Source: an uncultured Prolixibacteraceae bacterium (GTDB lineage: Bacteria; Bacteroidota; Bacteroidia; Bacteroidales; Prolixibacteraceae). From it: DNA of 64,000 bases. Position numbers and translations under genes: made by a program. A model generated the notes under the pieces. The model was not told the origin of the DNA. It did no database searches and was given only the letters and a program-made list of their open reading frames with translations. Shown here in pieces: positions 1 to 11,021 of this stretch (position 1 is the stretch's first letter; every line of letters starts with the position of its first letter). The stretch lies in contig CAILJH010000239.1 in assembly GCA_903834475.1 (NCBI GenBank), forward strand, positions 24,442 to 88,441. The letters are read 5' to 3'.

Positions 1-1
1 A

Positions 2-727
2 GGGCTTTTTTATTAAATCAGGCTTAGCTATCTCGAATCGTTTGTTGGCATAAAAGATCTGATCAGCTTTCAGTGTAAAAGTGTCGTAATCGATGTACTT
101 GTTTGAGTCGAAAGCCTGCCCAAACAGCCGGGTTTCGAAGTGAAGGTGGTTGCAGGTTGCTCGTCCGGTACGACCTCCCAAGCCGATTAAGTCTCCGGCT
201 TTAATGCTGTCGTTCACTTTAACCTTGATGGCTTTCAGGTGAGCGTAAATGGTTTCAAGACCGTTGTTGTGCCTGACTAAAACCAGATTTCCATATCCGC
301 TGAAACGCTTGGCGAGCCTCACCTTTCCATCAAAAGCACATCTTACTGTGTCTCCCGAATTCAACCGGATATCTGTTCCGGTGTGCATTCGGCCATGACG
401 AATCCCAAATTTGGATAGTATAATACCATGAATCGGCATGAAAAAAGGATGGTTACCGGGCAGGACAAGAGCCAATGCAATGGTATCGTTTTTATTGGGT
501 AAAGTGTTTTCAGGATATTTAATCTGTGAAGAGCTCCAGCTGTTTTTGTAAAGCAATGCGTTGAGCGATTGAATTGAATCCTCATGAATGCCTTCAATTG
601 TATTCAGCAATGAATCCATTTCACTGGCTTGAATCTTAGGCTGTATCGTATCCGGAAGTATTTGCTGTGCAAAACTAAAGGTGGAAATGAACAGGCTGAT
701 AATTAATGCGATGAAACGAATCTTCAT
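2..727 (-). CDS. M23 family metallopeptidase (partial, runs off window start)
   Basis: Hand translation from ATG at 727: signal peptide MKIRFIALIISLFISTFSFAQ, HTGTD (HxxxD), GYGNLVLVRH, YAHL, HLHFE (HxH). Frame stays open to the window edge; not in the ORF track. Confidence 0.9.
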   Translation of the reverse strand, partial: MKIRFIALIISLFISTFSFAQQILPDTIQPKIQASEMDSLLNTIEGIHEDSIQSLNALLYKNSWSSSQIKYPENTLPNKNDTIALALVLPGNHPFFMPIHGIILSKFGIRHGRMHTGTDIRLNSGDTVRCAFDGKVRLAKRFSGYGNLVLVRHNNGLETIYAHLKAIKVKVNDSIKAGDLIGLGGRTGRATCNHLHFETRLFGQAFDSNKYIDYDTFTLKADQIFYANKRFEIAKPDLIKKP

Positions 728-891
728 TTTCAAAATTTGGGTTAATACTTAGCTCAAAAATTTGAACGGGATGCGAAGGTAATATTATCATTATTAATTC
801 CGGCATTTTAAACTAAAAGACCATGCGTTTTTAACAAACTATAACACCTTTTCGTAAATTTGTGGCAAATATAGAGGAGGATTACATAGAG

Positions 892-2007
892 ATGAAAAAC
901 AGGGGTTTCCGCAAAATTTTGAAGTATTTTGGATTAGGATTTGCGGGTATTTTTGCCATTATCGGGCTAACTTTGACACTTGCCTTTTTCGCTGTTAAGT
1001 TACATTTGACCAACGATCCGGGAGTTGTTGACCTGAACGACCGGTATTTTCAGGACATAAAAGATAAATACGGCAAGGGAACTGAAAACCACAAATCAGT
1101 AAATTTCGATGAAGTGCAACTGCTTCATAACCTGACGGTTTTAAGCAAATATTTTCCGGAAAATGCTTATTACATCCAGAATGCATATTATCAAAGCCAC
1201 AACCTGAAAGAAGCACAGCACATGCTTGAGGCTGTTAATCTACATATGCAGGATAATGCCATGTATCACACTGAGCTAAATTCTTTTGTAGAAACGAAGG
1301 ATCCAAATCAGGAAAAGCTCAATACGAATAGTGTTTTCGAATGGATGAATATTAAGGAGTGGCAGGATTTTAAACTTGCTGTTGCAAAGGATAAAAAACT
1401 GATTGATTCGGCTGCTCACCTCGTAGGGGTTGAACCCCGTGTAATTGTTTCAGTTCTGGTAGGTGAACAAATCCGGCTGTTTAATTCGAACCGCGAAGCT
1501 TACAAGAAATGGATCGGACCACTGAAAATATTGTCAGTAGAAAATACGTTCTCACTTGGTGTAACCGGAATAAAAATATCGACAGCCCAAACAATCGAAA
1601 AAAACCTGAAAGACAGTGCATCCATATTTTATTTGGGAAAATCCTATGAGAAGTTGCTCGATTTTCAAACTGCAAACCCGAGTCAGGAAAGGTTTAACCG
1701 CTTGACCTCGTATAAGAACCACTATTATTCATACTTGTATGCAGCGCTTAATATTAAACAACTCAAACTTCAATGGGATCGTTCGGGATTTCCGATTGGC
1801 GATCGTCTGGAAATACTGGCAACTTTATACAATATTGGTTACGAAGCATCGATTCCAAAGCAAAATCCTGTGGTTGGTGGTTCCGGAATCGACATAAAAG
1901 GAACCCAATACACCTTTGGGTCGGTAGCCTACGAATTTTATTATTCCGGAGAGTTGTTCGAGCTATTCCCATTTAAGAATTCAAGATTCGATTTTAGTGA
2001 TGTTTAA
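892..2007 (+). CDS. Membrane-anchored DUF1402-like protein with lysozyme/lytic-transglycosylase-like C-terminal domain
   Basis: N-terminal TM helix; SLT-like motifs AAHLVGVEPRVIVSVLVGEQ, SLGVTGIK, LATLYNIG. ATG 892 preferred over GTG 862. Confidence 0.55.
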   Translation: MKNRGFRKILKYFGLGFAGIFAIIGLTLTLAFFAVKLHLTNDPGVVDLNDRYFQDIKDKYGKGTENHKSVNFDEVQLLHNLTVLSKYFPENAYYIQNAYYQSHNLKEAQHMLEAVNLHMQDNAMYHTELNSFVETKDPNQEKLNTNSVFEWMNIKEWQDFKLAVAKDKKLIDSAAHLVGVEPRVIVSVLVGEQIRLFNSNREAYKKWIGPLKILSVENTFSLGVTGIKISTAQTIEKNLKDSASIFYLGKSYEKLLDFQTANPSQERFNRLTSYKNHYYSYLYAALNIKQLKLQWDRSGFPIGDRLEILATLYNIGYEASIPKQNPVVGGSGIDIKGTQYTFGSVAYEFYYSGELFELFPFKNSRFDFSDV

Positions 2008-2869
2008 ATTCTTGCCATCCAAATTCTATACGGAAAGAATTGTTTCCCTGATGTTACTTTTTCTGCTTGTAGCCGTGACGGGCAAAGCACAAAACAGCTG
2101 GATCAGTGAAATTCACTGGAGAACCCTGATGGATGGAATGCAATATGCCGAATTGGATGCTCCTGAGAAATCGGTTGTCAACGACTCCAAACTCAGTATT
2201 CTGAAGGTGGATGTACGGAAATTTGACTTTCAATTTCTTACATCATCCGAACATGGTAAAACAATGCGAACAGCGCCTGAATGGGCCAGTGAATTCAAAC
2301 AGAATGTGATCATCAATGCCGGAATGTATAAGTATAACAAGGCACATTCGAACAAAGGCTACATGAAGAATTACAAGCACGTGAACAATCCGACGAAAAG
2401 CAGCTATTTCAATGCCATGCTGGCCATGCATCCGAAAGATCCAAAGAACCCGCCTTTCGAAATCATTGATCTTACCAATCAGTCATGGGATATTGTCCAG
2501 CATCAATACAACTCTTTGTGTCAGGGTATGCGAATGATCAGCTACGAAGGGACGGGGATGGAGTTTTCGAAACGTCCTGATCAATCGTGCAGCATGGTCA
2601 TCACAGCTACCGATACATTAGAAAATCTGTACTTTATTTATACCCGTTCACCATACACTCACCGCGCCATGATTGCCTTTTTACAAGGACTTCCGCTGAA
2701 TATCCGCACAACAGTTTACCTTGAAGGCGGCCCTGAAACCAGTTTCTATGTGAACACCGGCGATACGGTAATTGCCAAATACGGCAGTTATATTTCGAAT
2801 TCGTGTGCCAACGACAACAACGATCATTTCTGGAAAATCCCAAATGTGATTGCATTGAGGAAGAAGTAG
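2000..2869 (+). CDS. Exported phosphodiester glycosidase (NAGPA-like) family protein
   Basis: Signal peptide, INAGMY, YLEGGPET (LDGGGS-like), terminal IPNVI; overlaps the upstream stop. Confidence 0.7.
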   Translation: MFKFLPSKFYTERIVSLMLLFLLVAVTGKAQNSWISEIHWRTLMDGMQYAELDAPEKSVVNDSKLSILKVDVRKFDFQFLTSSEHGKTMRTAPEWASEFKQNVIINAGMYKYNKAHSNKGYMKNYKHVNNPTKSSYFNAMLAMHPKDPKNPPFEIIDLTNQSWDIVQHQYNSLCQGMRMISYEGTGMEFSKRPDQSCSMVITATDTLENLYFIYTRSPYTHRAMIAFLQGLPLNIRTTVYLEGGPETSFYVNTGDTVIAKYGSYISNSCANDNNDHFWKIPNVIALRKK

Positions 2870-2937
2870 AATGCCGAAATATGATCAAATCACCGTGGTA
2901 ATCAGCACTTCTTGATTTATGATCGGTGATCTTGTTC

Positions 2938-5832
2938 TTAATCGGATTTTAATTTCAAAATTTTACTCGTTTGGATATGCTTATTGTTTGTTACTTCAAT
3001 AACATACATTCCCGGTTTCAGAAAACCCACATCTAACTTATACAGTTTTTCTCCTTCCAGTAATTTTTCCAAAATAGCTTTGCCTTCAGTATTGCTGATT
3101 TTTACCAAAATATCGCCTTTCAAGTTCATCTTAGGATTGATATTTAAATATTTGTAAAAAGGATTGGGGAACAATGAAATATCATTGTTGAGTTGGAGAT
3201 CTTCCGAATTAGTGTAAATCATTCTTATCGTATCCGAACTGAAACAACCATATTTGTTGGTTACAGTTAGTGTAAAAACTTTTTTCGGATTGAGGGAATC
3301 GGGCTTATGGGCAATGATGTATTGTAATGATGACCCGTCGTTCCACAAGTAAGTATAAGGGAATTCCCCATCGTTGATAAAGGAATTAATCATTAAAGTA
3401 CTGTCGGTTGATGCCCAATCTTCTACCATTAAAGAAAAGTCGGGCTGCTTGTGAAAAACTACCGTAGTTGTGTCTGCGCCGGTTCTTCCGTTTCCGTCGC
3501 TAACCTGCACCGTATAAATACCGGATTGAGTGGTTGTCGTAAAATTCTTTTTACTTCCGTTCGACCAGAGGTAATTATACCTTTCGTCAACCTGAATTAA
3601 TGCATTATCGCCCCTGCAGAAATCGGAAATGGTATCCAGACCAAGCGGAATACTGGCTTCGTATGCTCCCAGACTTCCATCGTAAGGCGAGGCAATATAG
3701 GCTGTTTTCATATCGTCTGAAAAGACTGAAAAGGGGTCTGCGGAAGTGTATTTTTTATCAGTGCTATAATATTCAACTTGTTTGAGCATTAATTTTCCTG
3801 TTGAAGTCGACCTGTAAAATGAGAGTGCAATCTTTTTTTCGTTCGAAACGGCAAGAAAATATTTTCCATCAAGGCTTATTGAGATACTGCCCAACTTAGA
3901 CAAATTACGGATGTTTAATTTGTCATATTTTAGCTCAAACTCAAAGGTCAGTTTCCCGGTTTCCGGGTTTCGCTTAAAACATAGTAATGAAGTGCCGGCA
4001 GCATACAAATACTGATCATCCGGACTCATGGCAAGCGAGAAATTCACGTCAACCATAAACGGATATTCGGTATGTAAAAGGGTTTCAACGAGTTCAGGAT
4101 TGCCGTTTTTGCCTCTTTTATAAACCGAAATTCCATTCGCAGAAAAATTGGTGCTTGAGAAAACGTACAAATTTTTACTGTCGTTACTGGCAATAATTTT
4201 TTTATAACCTGCAAGTCCACCCTTATCCGGACCTTCGGTTAATATTTTCGAATTGAAAGTTAAATCGTGGGTAATTGGGTCAACTTCATAATTGACAATG
4301 TTATTGTATGTGGCTGCATATAAGTTTTTACCATCAGATGGAATAACAATTTCCGAAATTATTTCGTCCTGCATCTGATCAGGTACAGTGTAAGAATTAA
4401 AAAATGACAAATTGCCCGAAACTGTATCCCGGTTTAGAATTCTTAAGCCATACATGTTTGTTGATGAAATATAAACACTTCTTTCATCCGGACTCATTTG
4501 AATGTCTTTGACTGCGCCAATTTCAGGCCCAAGTTCATTCCATAAAATATTTTTCTGGAAATCAAGTCTTCCGTCCTGAAAGCGTTTATAAAACCCAATT
4601 GTATTGTACCCTGATCCGGCTAACGTATAAAGAAATTTTCCATTTTTGGGTATAATAACACCTCTAATATCAGTCAGGCCTTTTATTTTACTTTGTTCGT
4701 TCGATATCTTCTTCGAATAACTAAGTGTTCCGTCGGTAATGTTTCTGTCGAAAATAATAAATGAATCGTTGTCTTTGCTTAAAACGTATGCCTTTGAGCC
4801 TGCTGCTGATATTTTTAAAGTCGAAATGCTGTAAAACCCGGTAAAATTATAGCCTTCCTGGATTTTTTGAATAAAAGTTATTTTACCAGATTCAACATCT
4901 CTCTTAAAGACCATTATCCCCAAAAAATCTGTCAGATACAGATTCTGATTGTCGGAACTCGTGGTAAGGGTGGTTTCGTTCCAGAAATGCTCGTAATAAT
5001 CGCTAATTGTAAGTTTATCACTGTATTTTAATTCTCCGCTTGTTTGGTTTGCCTTAAAAGTAAAAACCGATTTATTGTCGGCGAAGTACAAGAACTTGCC
5101 GTCAGCAGATAACGAAAGACTTTTGATTTGTGAAATGGTATCGGCAGCATTTATTTTCTGAACCATTAAAAGGTTATCATTTTCAGTTCGTTTAAATACA
5201 CAAACCGAATTTTCGTTGTTGCCACGCGATGTTGTGTAGATAAACTGATTGTTGCACACCATGTTATTGATGTTTTTTATTCCATCAATTTTGTTTTTTA
5301 TGGTTAAATTTCCCGATTCTGAATCAATGGAAAAAACTTTCAACGCGTGTTGGTCCGTATCATCTTCTCTTGCCAGATAAAGATTCTTTCCATCGGGAGA
5401 AATTGCCAAATCGGTAAAACCCCCGTATCCAAATTCAACATCTATATTGTTTTCGAAAGTCTTCACATAATCCAATTGGCCTGACTGCAATTTTTTTGAA
5501 AAAAGCAAAAGTTTATTGTCAGCAACAATATAAAACCAATGATGGTCGGGTGTTGCTTTAATTTCATCGGCGTTTGCGAGACCTGGTATATCCGACACCT
5601 TTTTTAACTCAACAAATGCCATATCTTCGGTTGTCTCTGGCAGAAACAAATGAAGGTATGATGAATTTCCGATAATGTACATGTTTCCTGCATTGTCGGT
5701 TTCCAAACTATTCGGATATTTTAACCCTTCGATACCACCTTCTCCTTCAAGGTAATTATGGATTAATTTTAACTGTGCACTACAGTTAAGCGTGACAAAT
5801 ACACTGATTAAAAAACAAGTTAATCTGAACAT
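2938..5832 (-). CDS. Lactonase-like multi-bladed beta-propeller protein with T9SS C-terminal sorting domain
   Basis: Repeated SPDGKxLY...F(K/D)R(D/N)xxxGxL blades, YLWSNG/YLWNDG Ig-like modules, C-terminal LFPNP...LKPGMYVIEV...KILK. Start at MFRLTCFL. Confidence 0.8.
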   Translation of the reverse strand: MFRLTCFLISVFVTLNCSAQLKLIHNYLEGEGGIEGLKYPNSLETDNAGNMYIIGNSSYLHLFLPETTEDMAFVELKKVSDIPGLANADEIKATPDHHWFYIVADNKLLLFSKKLQSGQLDYVKTFENNIDVEFGYGGFTDLAISPDGKNLYLAREDDTDQHALKVFSIDSESGNLTIKNKIDGIKNINNMVCNNQFIYTTSRGNNENSVCVFKRTENDNLLMVQKINAADTISQIKSLSLSADGKFLYFADNKSVFTFKANQTSGELKYSDKLTISDYYEHFWNETTLTTSSDNQNLYLTDFLGIMVFKRDVESGKITFIQKIQEGYNFTGFYSISTLKISAAGSKAYVLSKDNDSFIIFDRNITDGTLSYSKKISNEQSKIKGLTDIRGVIIPKNGKFLYTLAGSGYNTIGFYKRFQDGRLDFQKNILWNELGPEIGAVKDIQMSPDERSVYISSTNMYGLRILNRDTVSGNLSFFNSYTVPDQMQDEIISEIVIPSDGKNLYAATYNNIVNYEVDPITHDLTFNSKILTEGPDKGGLAGYKKIIASNDSKNLYVFSSTNFSANGISVYKRGKNGNPELVETLLHTEYPFMVDVNFSLAMSPDDQYLYAAGTSLLCFKRNPETGKLTFEFELKYDKLNIRNLSKLGSISISLDGKYFLAVSNEKKIALSFYRSTSTGKLMLKQVEYYSTDKKYTSADPFSVFSDDMKTAYIASPYDGSLGAYEASIPLGLDTISDFCRGDNALIQVDERYNYLWSNGSKKNFTTTTQSGIYTVQVSDGNGRTGADTTTVVFHKQPDFSLMVEDWASTDSTLMINSFINDGEFPYTYLWNDGSSLQYIIAHKPDSLNPKKVFTLTVTNKYGCFSSDTIRMIYTNSEDLQLNNDISLFPNPFYKYLNINPKMNLKGDILVKISNTEGKAILEKLLEGEKLYKLDVGFLKPGMYVIEVTNNKHIQTSKILKLKSD

Positions 5833-6210
5833 AATGACATTTAATTGTTGTATAATAAACAGCGGCTGTCGATGATTTGCAGTCAGAATCAATGGAACTT
5901 TGTTCCAAATTCCATTGGCTAAAGGTAGGAATTTTTATGTTATTCGGCGGAGATTTTGTATATCCTAAGCTGAGGTTCTTCTTAACCACAGAATTAGAGT
6001 ACTCTTTTTCATCCGTAATTTTATTCCATTTTGCGAATATCAAACTGTTTTGCTTTCTTCTTGTTGGAATTACAATAAGAATATCCCATTTTTGACTTTT
6101 ATTTCGAAAATTTTGTTGATATTCGTATCTTATCCGATTGGCAAATAACACTTTTCGCAGTAATCCATGGAAATGTCGATCGATAAACCTAACGACTAAA
6201 ACAAAACCTT

Positions 6211-7812
6211 GTGGAAAAACTTTCCTTAAAAGAAAAAATCGGGTATGCACTTGGAGATGGTGCTGCCAACATTGCCTGGCGCGGAGTATCTACTTTCCTT
6301 TTTATTTTTTACACCGATGTTTTTGGATTGAATCCCGCTGTTGTAGGAGTACTTTTCCTGATTGCCCGCTTCGGTGATGGTATTCTCGATGTACTGATGG
6401 GTATTTTATGTGACCGTACTGATTCGAAATACGGCAAATTCCGACCCTGGATATTATGGACTGCAGTTCCTTTGGGAATAACACTTTCCATGCTTTTTAC
6501 AACCCTGAATTTAGCTCCAACAGGAAAAGTGATTTATGCCTATGTAACTTACCTTTTGTTTTTCGTGATCTATACCGCCAATAATATCCCTTATGGCGCA
6601 TTAATGGCTGTAATGACTCCTGATGATAAAGAACGGACAAGTCTGGGTTCTTACCGCATGGTCGGAGCTTTTATCGGGGGTATGGTGGTTCAGGGAGCTT
6701 TACTTTATCTGGTGGCGCACTTTGGAAACATCAATCCATCCATCAATGTCGATAAACTGGATGCAAAAAAATATGAAGTCACGGTATCGACAACAGAGGA
6801 TGTTAAGAATGTGAATATCAAAACCAAGGATGGCATTGCCATGTTTACCTGGGCTGATGCCACTGCCACAATTAATCCAAACAAACCGACACAAGGGAAA
6901 AGTTTTTCGATGCAGGCAAAAAAGGATTATTCCTTTATTGTGTCTGGCGAAGACAATGTAGAAACATCCAGTATATCCATTATCGACCAAAAAAAGGGTT
7001 ACAGCTCTGCAATCTACCTGATGTCCATATTTTTATCGTTGTTCATGATTTTAACTTTCGCTACCACAAAAGAACGGGTTCAACCTCCAAAAGATCAGGA
7101 AACCAATTTACTCAAAGACCTGAAAGACCTGATCAAGAACAAACCATGGCTTGTTCTGCTGGTCATTGGAATGCTTTTTAACGTATATAATTCCATCAAA
7201 CAAGGCATCGTAGTCATCTATTTCTCGCATTACCTGCATAACCAGTTGCTGGCCGCTTCATATATGGTGGCCTTAGCTCTGGCATCCATTGCAGGAGCGA
7301 TGATCACCTCGCCATTGGGCAAACGCTGGGGCAAACGCAAACTGTTTATTTACGCATTGATTTTTTCAGGCCTTGTCAATGCGTTGCTCGCCTTGTGTGG
7401 TCCGGGAGATACAATGGGTATTTTCACAATCGGAATCATTTCAGAAATCGGTGCTGCCATTTTCCCAACCCTGTTCTTTGCGATGTTGGGTGATGCAGCC
7501 GACTATTCAGAATACAAAAATGGACGTCGTGCAACAGGATTGGTGTATTCGGCCGGTTCATTTGCAACAAAATTCGGAGGTGGTATTGCTGGTGCAATCA
7601 TTGGATTGGTGTTGGCAGCATTTCATTATGACGGACAAAATGAAGTTTCGATTCAGGGTGCAATTCCTGGAATTATCATGCTGATGAGCTGGATTCCTAC
7701 CATCATAGCTCTGATCACTGCAGGGTTTATGACACTTTATCCATTGAACCAGAAGAAAATGGATGAAATAACCATCGAATTGAATAACAGAAGAGCCAAA
7801 TCAATTGCTTAA
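6211..7812 (+). CDS. GPH (MelB-like) glycoside:cation symporter, MFS, with an extra loop domain
   Basis: KEKIGYALGD, DRTDSKYGKFRPW, NIPYGAL, ERTSLGSYR, DAADYSEYKNGRR motifs; adjacent to GH94. Confidence 0.9.
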   Translation: MEKLSLKEKIGYALGDGAANIAWRGVSTFLFIFYTDVFGLNPAVVGVLFLIARFGDGILDVLMGILCDRTDSKYGKFRPWILWTAVPLGITLSMLFTTLNLAPTGKVIYAYVTYLLFFVIYTANNIPYGALMAVMTPDDKERTSLGSYRMVGAFIGGMVVQGALLYLVAHFGNINPSINVDKLDAKKYEVTVSTTEDVKNVNIKTKDGIAMFTWADATATINPNKPTQGKSFSMQAKKDYSFIVSGEDNVETSSISIIDQKKGYSSAIYLMSIFLSLFMILTFATTKERVQPPKDQETNLLKDLKDLIKNKPWLVLLVIGMLFNVYNSIKQGIVVIYFSHYLHNQLLAASYMVALALASIAGAMITSPLGKRWGKRKLFIYALIFSGLVNALLALCGPGDTMGIFTIGIISEIGAAIFPTLFFAMLGDAADYSEYKNGRRATGLVYSAGSFATKFGGGIAGAIIGLVLAAFHYDGQNEVSIQGAIPGIIMLMSWIPTIIALITAGFMTLYPLNQKKMDEITIELNNRRAKSIA

Positions 7813-7850
7813 ACAATAAATACATATCAATTCATTAAATTACAAGGACT

Positions 7851-10289
7851 ATGAAATTCGGACATTTCGACGATCAGAACAGAGAATATGTGATTACCAA
7901 CCCCAAAACTCCGTGGCCATGGATTAATTATCTGGGTAATGAAGATTTTTTCTCGCTGATTTCAAATACTGCAGGCGGATATACTTTTTATAAGGATGCA
8001 AAATTTCGCCGGTTAACACGCTATCGCTACAATAACGTTCCGATGGACAGCGGTGGTAAATATTTCTATATCAAGGATGGCGATACCACCTGGTCGCCAG
8101 GCTGGAAACCATGTAAAACTGAGCTCGATAGCTACGAGTGTCGTCATGGGATGAATTACACTTCCATCAAAGGCGAAAAGAATGGCGTTACCGCGACTGC
8201 ACTTTATTTCGTTCCGTTAAAGACATGGGCGGAAGTTCAGAAACTGACGCTGACCAATAATTCGCAGGAAGTAAAGAAGCTGAAAATCTTCTCTTTTTTG
8301 GAATGGTGCCTGTGGAATGCTGCTGCTGACATGGAAAATTTCCAGCGAAATTTCTCAACCGGCGAAGTTGAAATTGAAGATTCGGTCATCTACCACAAAA
8401 CAGAATACAAAGAGCGCCGCGACCATTTCGCTTATTATTCGGTAAATGTTCCGGTTCAGGGCTTTGATACCGACCGGGAAACTTTTTTCGGATTGTATAA
8501 TGGCTTTGATGAACCTCAGGTGGTTGCTGATGGAAAGCCAATGAACACTGAAGCTCATGGCTGGTCGCCAATTGCATCCCATTATCTGGAAGTTGAATTA
8601 CAACCGGGTGAATCGAAGGATTTTGTTTTTGTTTTAGGTTACGTCGAAAACAAAGAGGACGAAAAATGGGAATCGAAAAACATCATCAACAAGACCAAGG
8701 CCAAAGAAACCATTGCGAAATTCAACACTGCAGCAAAAGTAGATGCTGCTTTGGCCGAATTGCATGAATACTGGGATAATCTGCTGAGTGTTTACGCGGT
8801 TGATTCGGGTGACGAAAAGCTCGATCGGATGGTCAACATATGGAACCAGTATCAGTGTATGATTACCTTCTGCTTCTCTCGCTCTGCTTCATACTTCGAA
8901 AGCGGTATTGGCCGCGGAATGGGATTCCGCGATTCGAACCAGGATTTGATCGGTTTTGTTCATCAGATTCCGGAACGCGCCCGAGAACGAATCATCGACA
9001 TTGCTTCGACCCAATTTCAGGATGGAGGTTGCTACCACCAGTATCAACCCCTGACAAAAAAAGGAAACAACGACATTGGTGGCGGATTTAACGACGACCC
9101 GATGTGGTTGATTCTTGGAACAATCAGCTACATCAAGGAATCGGGCGATTTCGGTATTTTGAGCGAGATGGTTCCTTTCGATAACGATATGTCGGTTGCA
9201 CGGACTTTATTCGATCACCTGACAGTTTCGTTTGATCATGTAGTCAATAACCTTGGACCTCACGGATTACCGCTTATTGGCCGCGCCGACTGGAACGACT
9301 GTCTGAACCTGAATTGTTTTTCAACCGATCCCAACGAATCGTTCCAAACGACAGAAAACCAATCAGAAGGCACAAAAGCAGAGTCACTCATGATTGCCGG
9401 ACTATTTGTGATTTATGGACGCGATTATGTCACACTTTGCAATCAACTTGGAAATGCGGAAGAAGCTGCCCGAGCTCAAACGCACATCGACGCCATGATT
9501 GATGCCGTGAAAAAACATGGCTGGGATGGTGAATGGTTTATACGTGCCTACGATTATTACGGCAATAAAATTGGAAGCAACGAAAACGAGGAAGGTAAAA
9601 TATTCATTGAATCGAACGGTTTGTGCACCATGGCCGGAATTGGTAAAGAAGAAGGACTTTGCGAAAAAGCATTGGATTCGGTGAAAGAGCGGCTCGATTC
9701 CAAATATGGGATTGTACTGAATAATCCGGCTTTTACGAAATACTACATTGAGTACGGCGAAATCTCGTCATACCCTCCGGGATATAAGGAAAATGCGGGT
9801 GTTTTCTGCCACAACAATCCATGGATCATGATTGGCGAAACAGTGGTTGGCAACGGCAACCGCGCCTGGGAATATTACCGGAAAATTTGTCCGTCGTATC
9901 TCGAAGACATCAGCGAATTGCACAAGACAGAACCATACGTTTATGCACAGATGGTCGCCGGGAAAGATGCTTTTAAACCGGGCGAAGCCAAAAACTCATG
10001 GTTAACCGGAACCGCTTCCTGGAATTTCTACGCGATTACCCAGTTCATCCTGGGTATTCAGCCCGATTATGAAGGATTAATCATCGATCCGTGTATTCCC
10101 AACGATTGGAAAGGTTTTAAAATCAGCCGCAAATTCAGGGGAGCCGAGTATCATATTGATGTTCAAAACCCGAATGGCGTATCAAAAGGTGTGAAGGAAA
10201 TCATTGTTGATGGGAAATCGCAAACGTCAAATCTGATTCCTCTTTTCGAGGATGGTGAAGTACATGAGGTGAAGGTTGTTATGGGATAA
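7851..10289 (+). CDS. GH94 glycoside phosphorylase (cellobiose phosphorylase-like)
   Basis: MKFGHFDD...[53 protein letters not shown]. Confidence 0.93.
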   Translation: MKFGHFDDQNREYVITNPKTPWPWINYLGNEDFFSLISNTAGGYTFYKDAKFRRLTRYRYNNVPMDSGGKYFYIKDGDTTWSPGWKPCKTELDSYECRHGMNYTSIKGEKNGVTATALYFVPLKTWAEVQKLTLTNNSQEVKKLKIFSFLEWCLWNAAADMENFQRNFSTGEVEIEDSVIYHKTEYKERRDHFAYYSVNVPVQGFDTDRETFFGLYNGFDEPQVVADGKPMNTEAHGWSPIASHYLEVELQPGESKDFVFVLGYVENKEDEKWESKNIINKTKAKETIAKFNTAAKVDAALAELHEYWDNLLSVYAVDSGDEKLDRMVNIWNQYQCMITFCFSRSASYFESGIGRGMGFRDSNQDLIGFVHQIPERARERIIDIASTQFQDGGCYHQYQPLTKKGNNDIGGGFNDDPMWLILGTISYIKESGDFGILSEMVPFDNDMSVARTLFDHLTVSFDHVVNNLGPHGLPLIGRADWNDCLNLNCFSTDPNESFQTTENQSEGTKAESLMIAGLFVIYGRDYVTLCNQLGNAEEAARAQTHIDAMIDAVKKHGWDGEWFIRAYDYYGNKIGSNENEEGKIFIESNGLCTMAGIGKEEGLCEKALDSVKERLDSKYGIVLNNPAFTKYYIEYGEISSYPPGYKENAGVFCHNNPWIMIGETVVGNGNRAWEYYRKICPSYLEDISELHKTEPYVYAQMVAGKDAFKPGEAKNSWLTGTASWNFYAITQFILGIQPDYEGLIIDPCIPNDWKGFKISRKFRGAEYHIDVQNPNGVSKGVKEIIVDGKSQTSNLIPLFEDGEVHEVKVVMG

Positions 10290-10310
10290 TTTGCCGAAAA
10301 CTAAAATGAA

Positions 10311-10341
10311 AAAAGCCGGTGCATGATCTGCATCGGCTTTT
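10311..10341. terminator. Bidirectional intrinsic terminator
   Basis: AAAAGCCGGTGCA-TGATC-TGCATCGGCTTTT between convergent genes. Confidence 0.8.
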
Positions 10342-10359
10342 CTATTTACGTTCTGGAAT

Positions 10360-10866
10360 TTATTGCTTTTTGATCAACAACCATGCATCAGCATATTTTG
10401 GATGTTCAGTTCTGATTTTCTGAACGCGGCTTCTGGCAGTTGCTTCCTCGCTAAACGAGTCAACACAAACACGGAAATTGCCGGTTTCGCTGTGAAGAAT
10501 GATTGGCTTGAAGCCTTGCTGTGCAAGATCTTTTTTGAATTTATTCGCATTATCATTGCTGGCGAAACTACCAACAATCACAAAAAAGCTTTTACTTCCA
10601 TAGGCTGCCTGATCTTCAGTCGACATGGTAAACTTTTCGCTGCGCATAGAAACGGGTTTGCCGGTAGCCTGATCAGCAGGTTCATACATGGTATCCGAAG
10701 TCGGGTTTGCACGAACTTCCTGCTTTGGAGCCGGTACTGAAAAGACTTTAGTTTCTGCAGTTGTTTCAGTTTTTGGAGCTGCAGCGCTTTTCTTGGATGA
10801 TTTGAATACCTTACATCCACTCGTCAGCAGCGCTAAAGTAAATGCGACTAAGATGATTTTTTTCAT
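10360..10866 (-). CDS. SPOR-domain lipoprotein
   Basis: Lipobox LTSGC; C-terminal FFVIVGSFAS..NA...YADAWLL. Confidence 0.85.
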   Translation of the reverse strand: MKKIILVAFTLALLTSGCKVFKSSKKSAAAPKTETTAETKVFSVPAPKQEVRANPTSDTMYEPADQATGKPVSMRSEKFTMSTEDQAAYGSKSFFVIVGSFASNDNANKFKKDLAQQGFKPIILHSETGNFRVCVDSFSEEATARSRVQKIRTEHPKYADAWLLIKKQ

Positions 10867-11021
10867 GGCCTTATCGGATTAAATTTGATTACAAAACTAC
10901 AAAAGATCAAACACAGTATAAGCAAAACTATGGTTGTCAATCAATTATTTATTAACATTAAGTTGTTAAGAGCAAATCCTGAAGTTTCTTTTCGCACCCC
11001 CGACTCATCCTGTATTACACT

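Noticed and set aside
361-597. 78-aa ORF from the track
   Set aside because: Off-frame shadow inside the M23 peptidase gene.
6174-6185. TGTCGATCGATA near-palindrome as a sugar-regulator operator
   Set aside because: Single short imperfect site with no regulator gene nearby.
5786-6377. Overlapping ORFs between the propeller gene and the symporter
   Set aside because: No recognisable motifs, and they overlap real genes; most likely a divergent promoter region.
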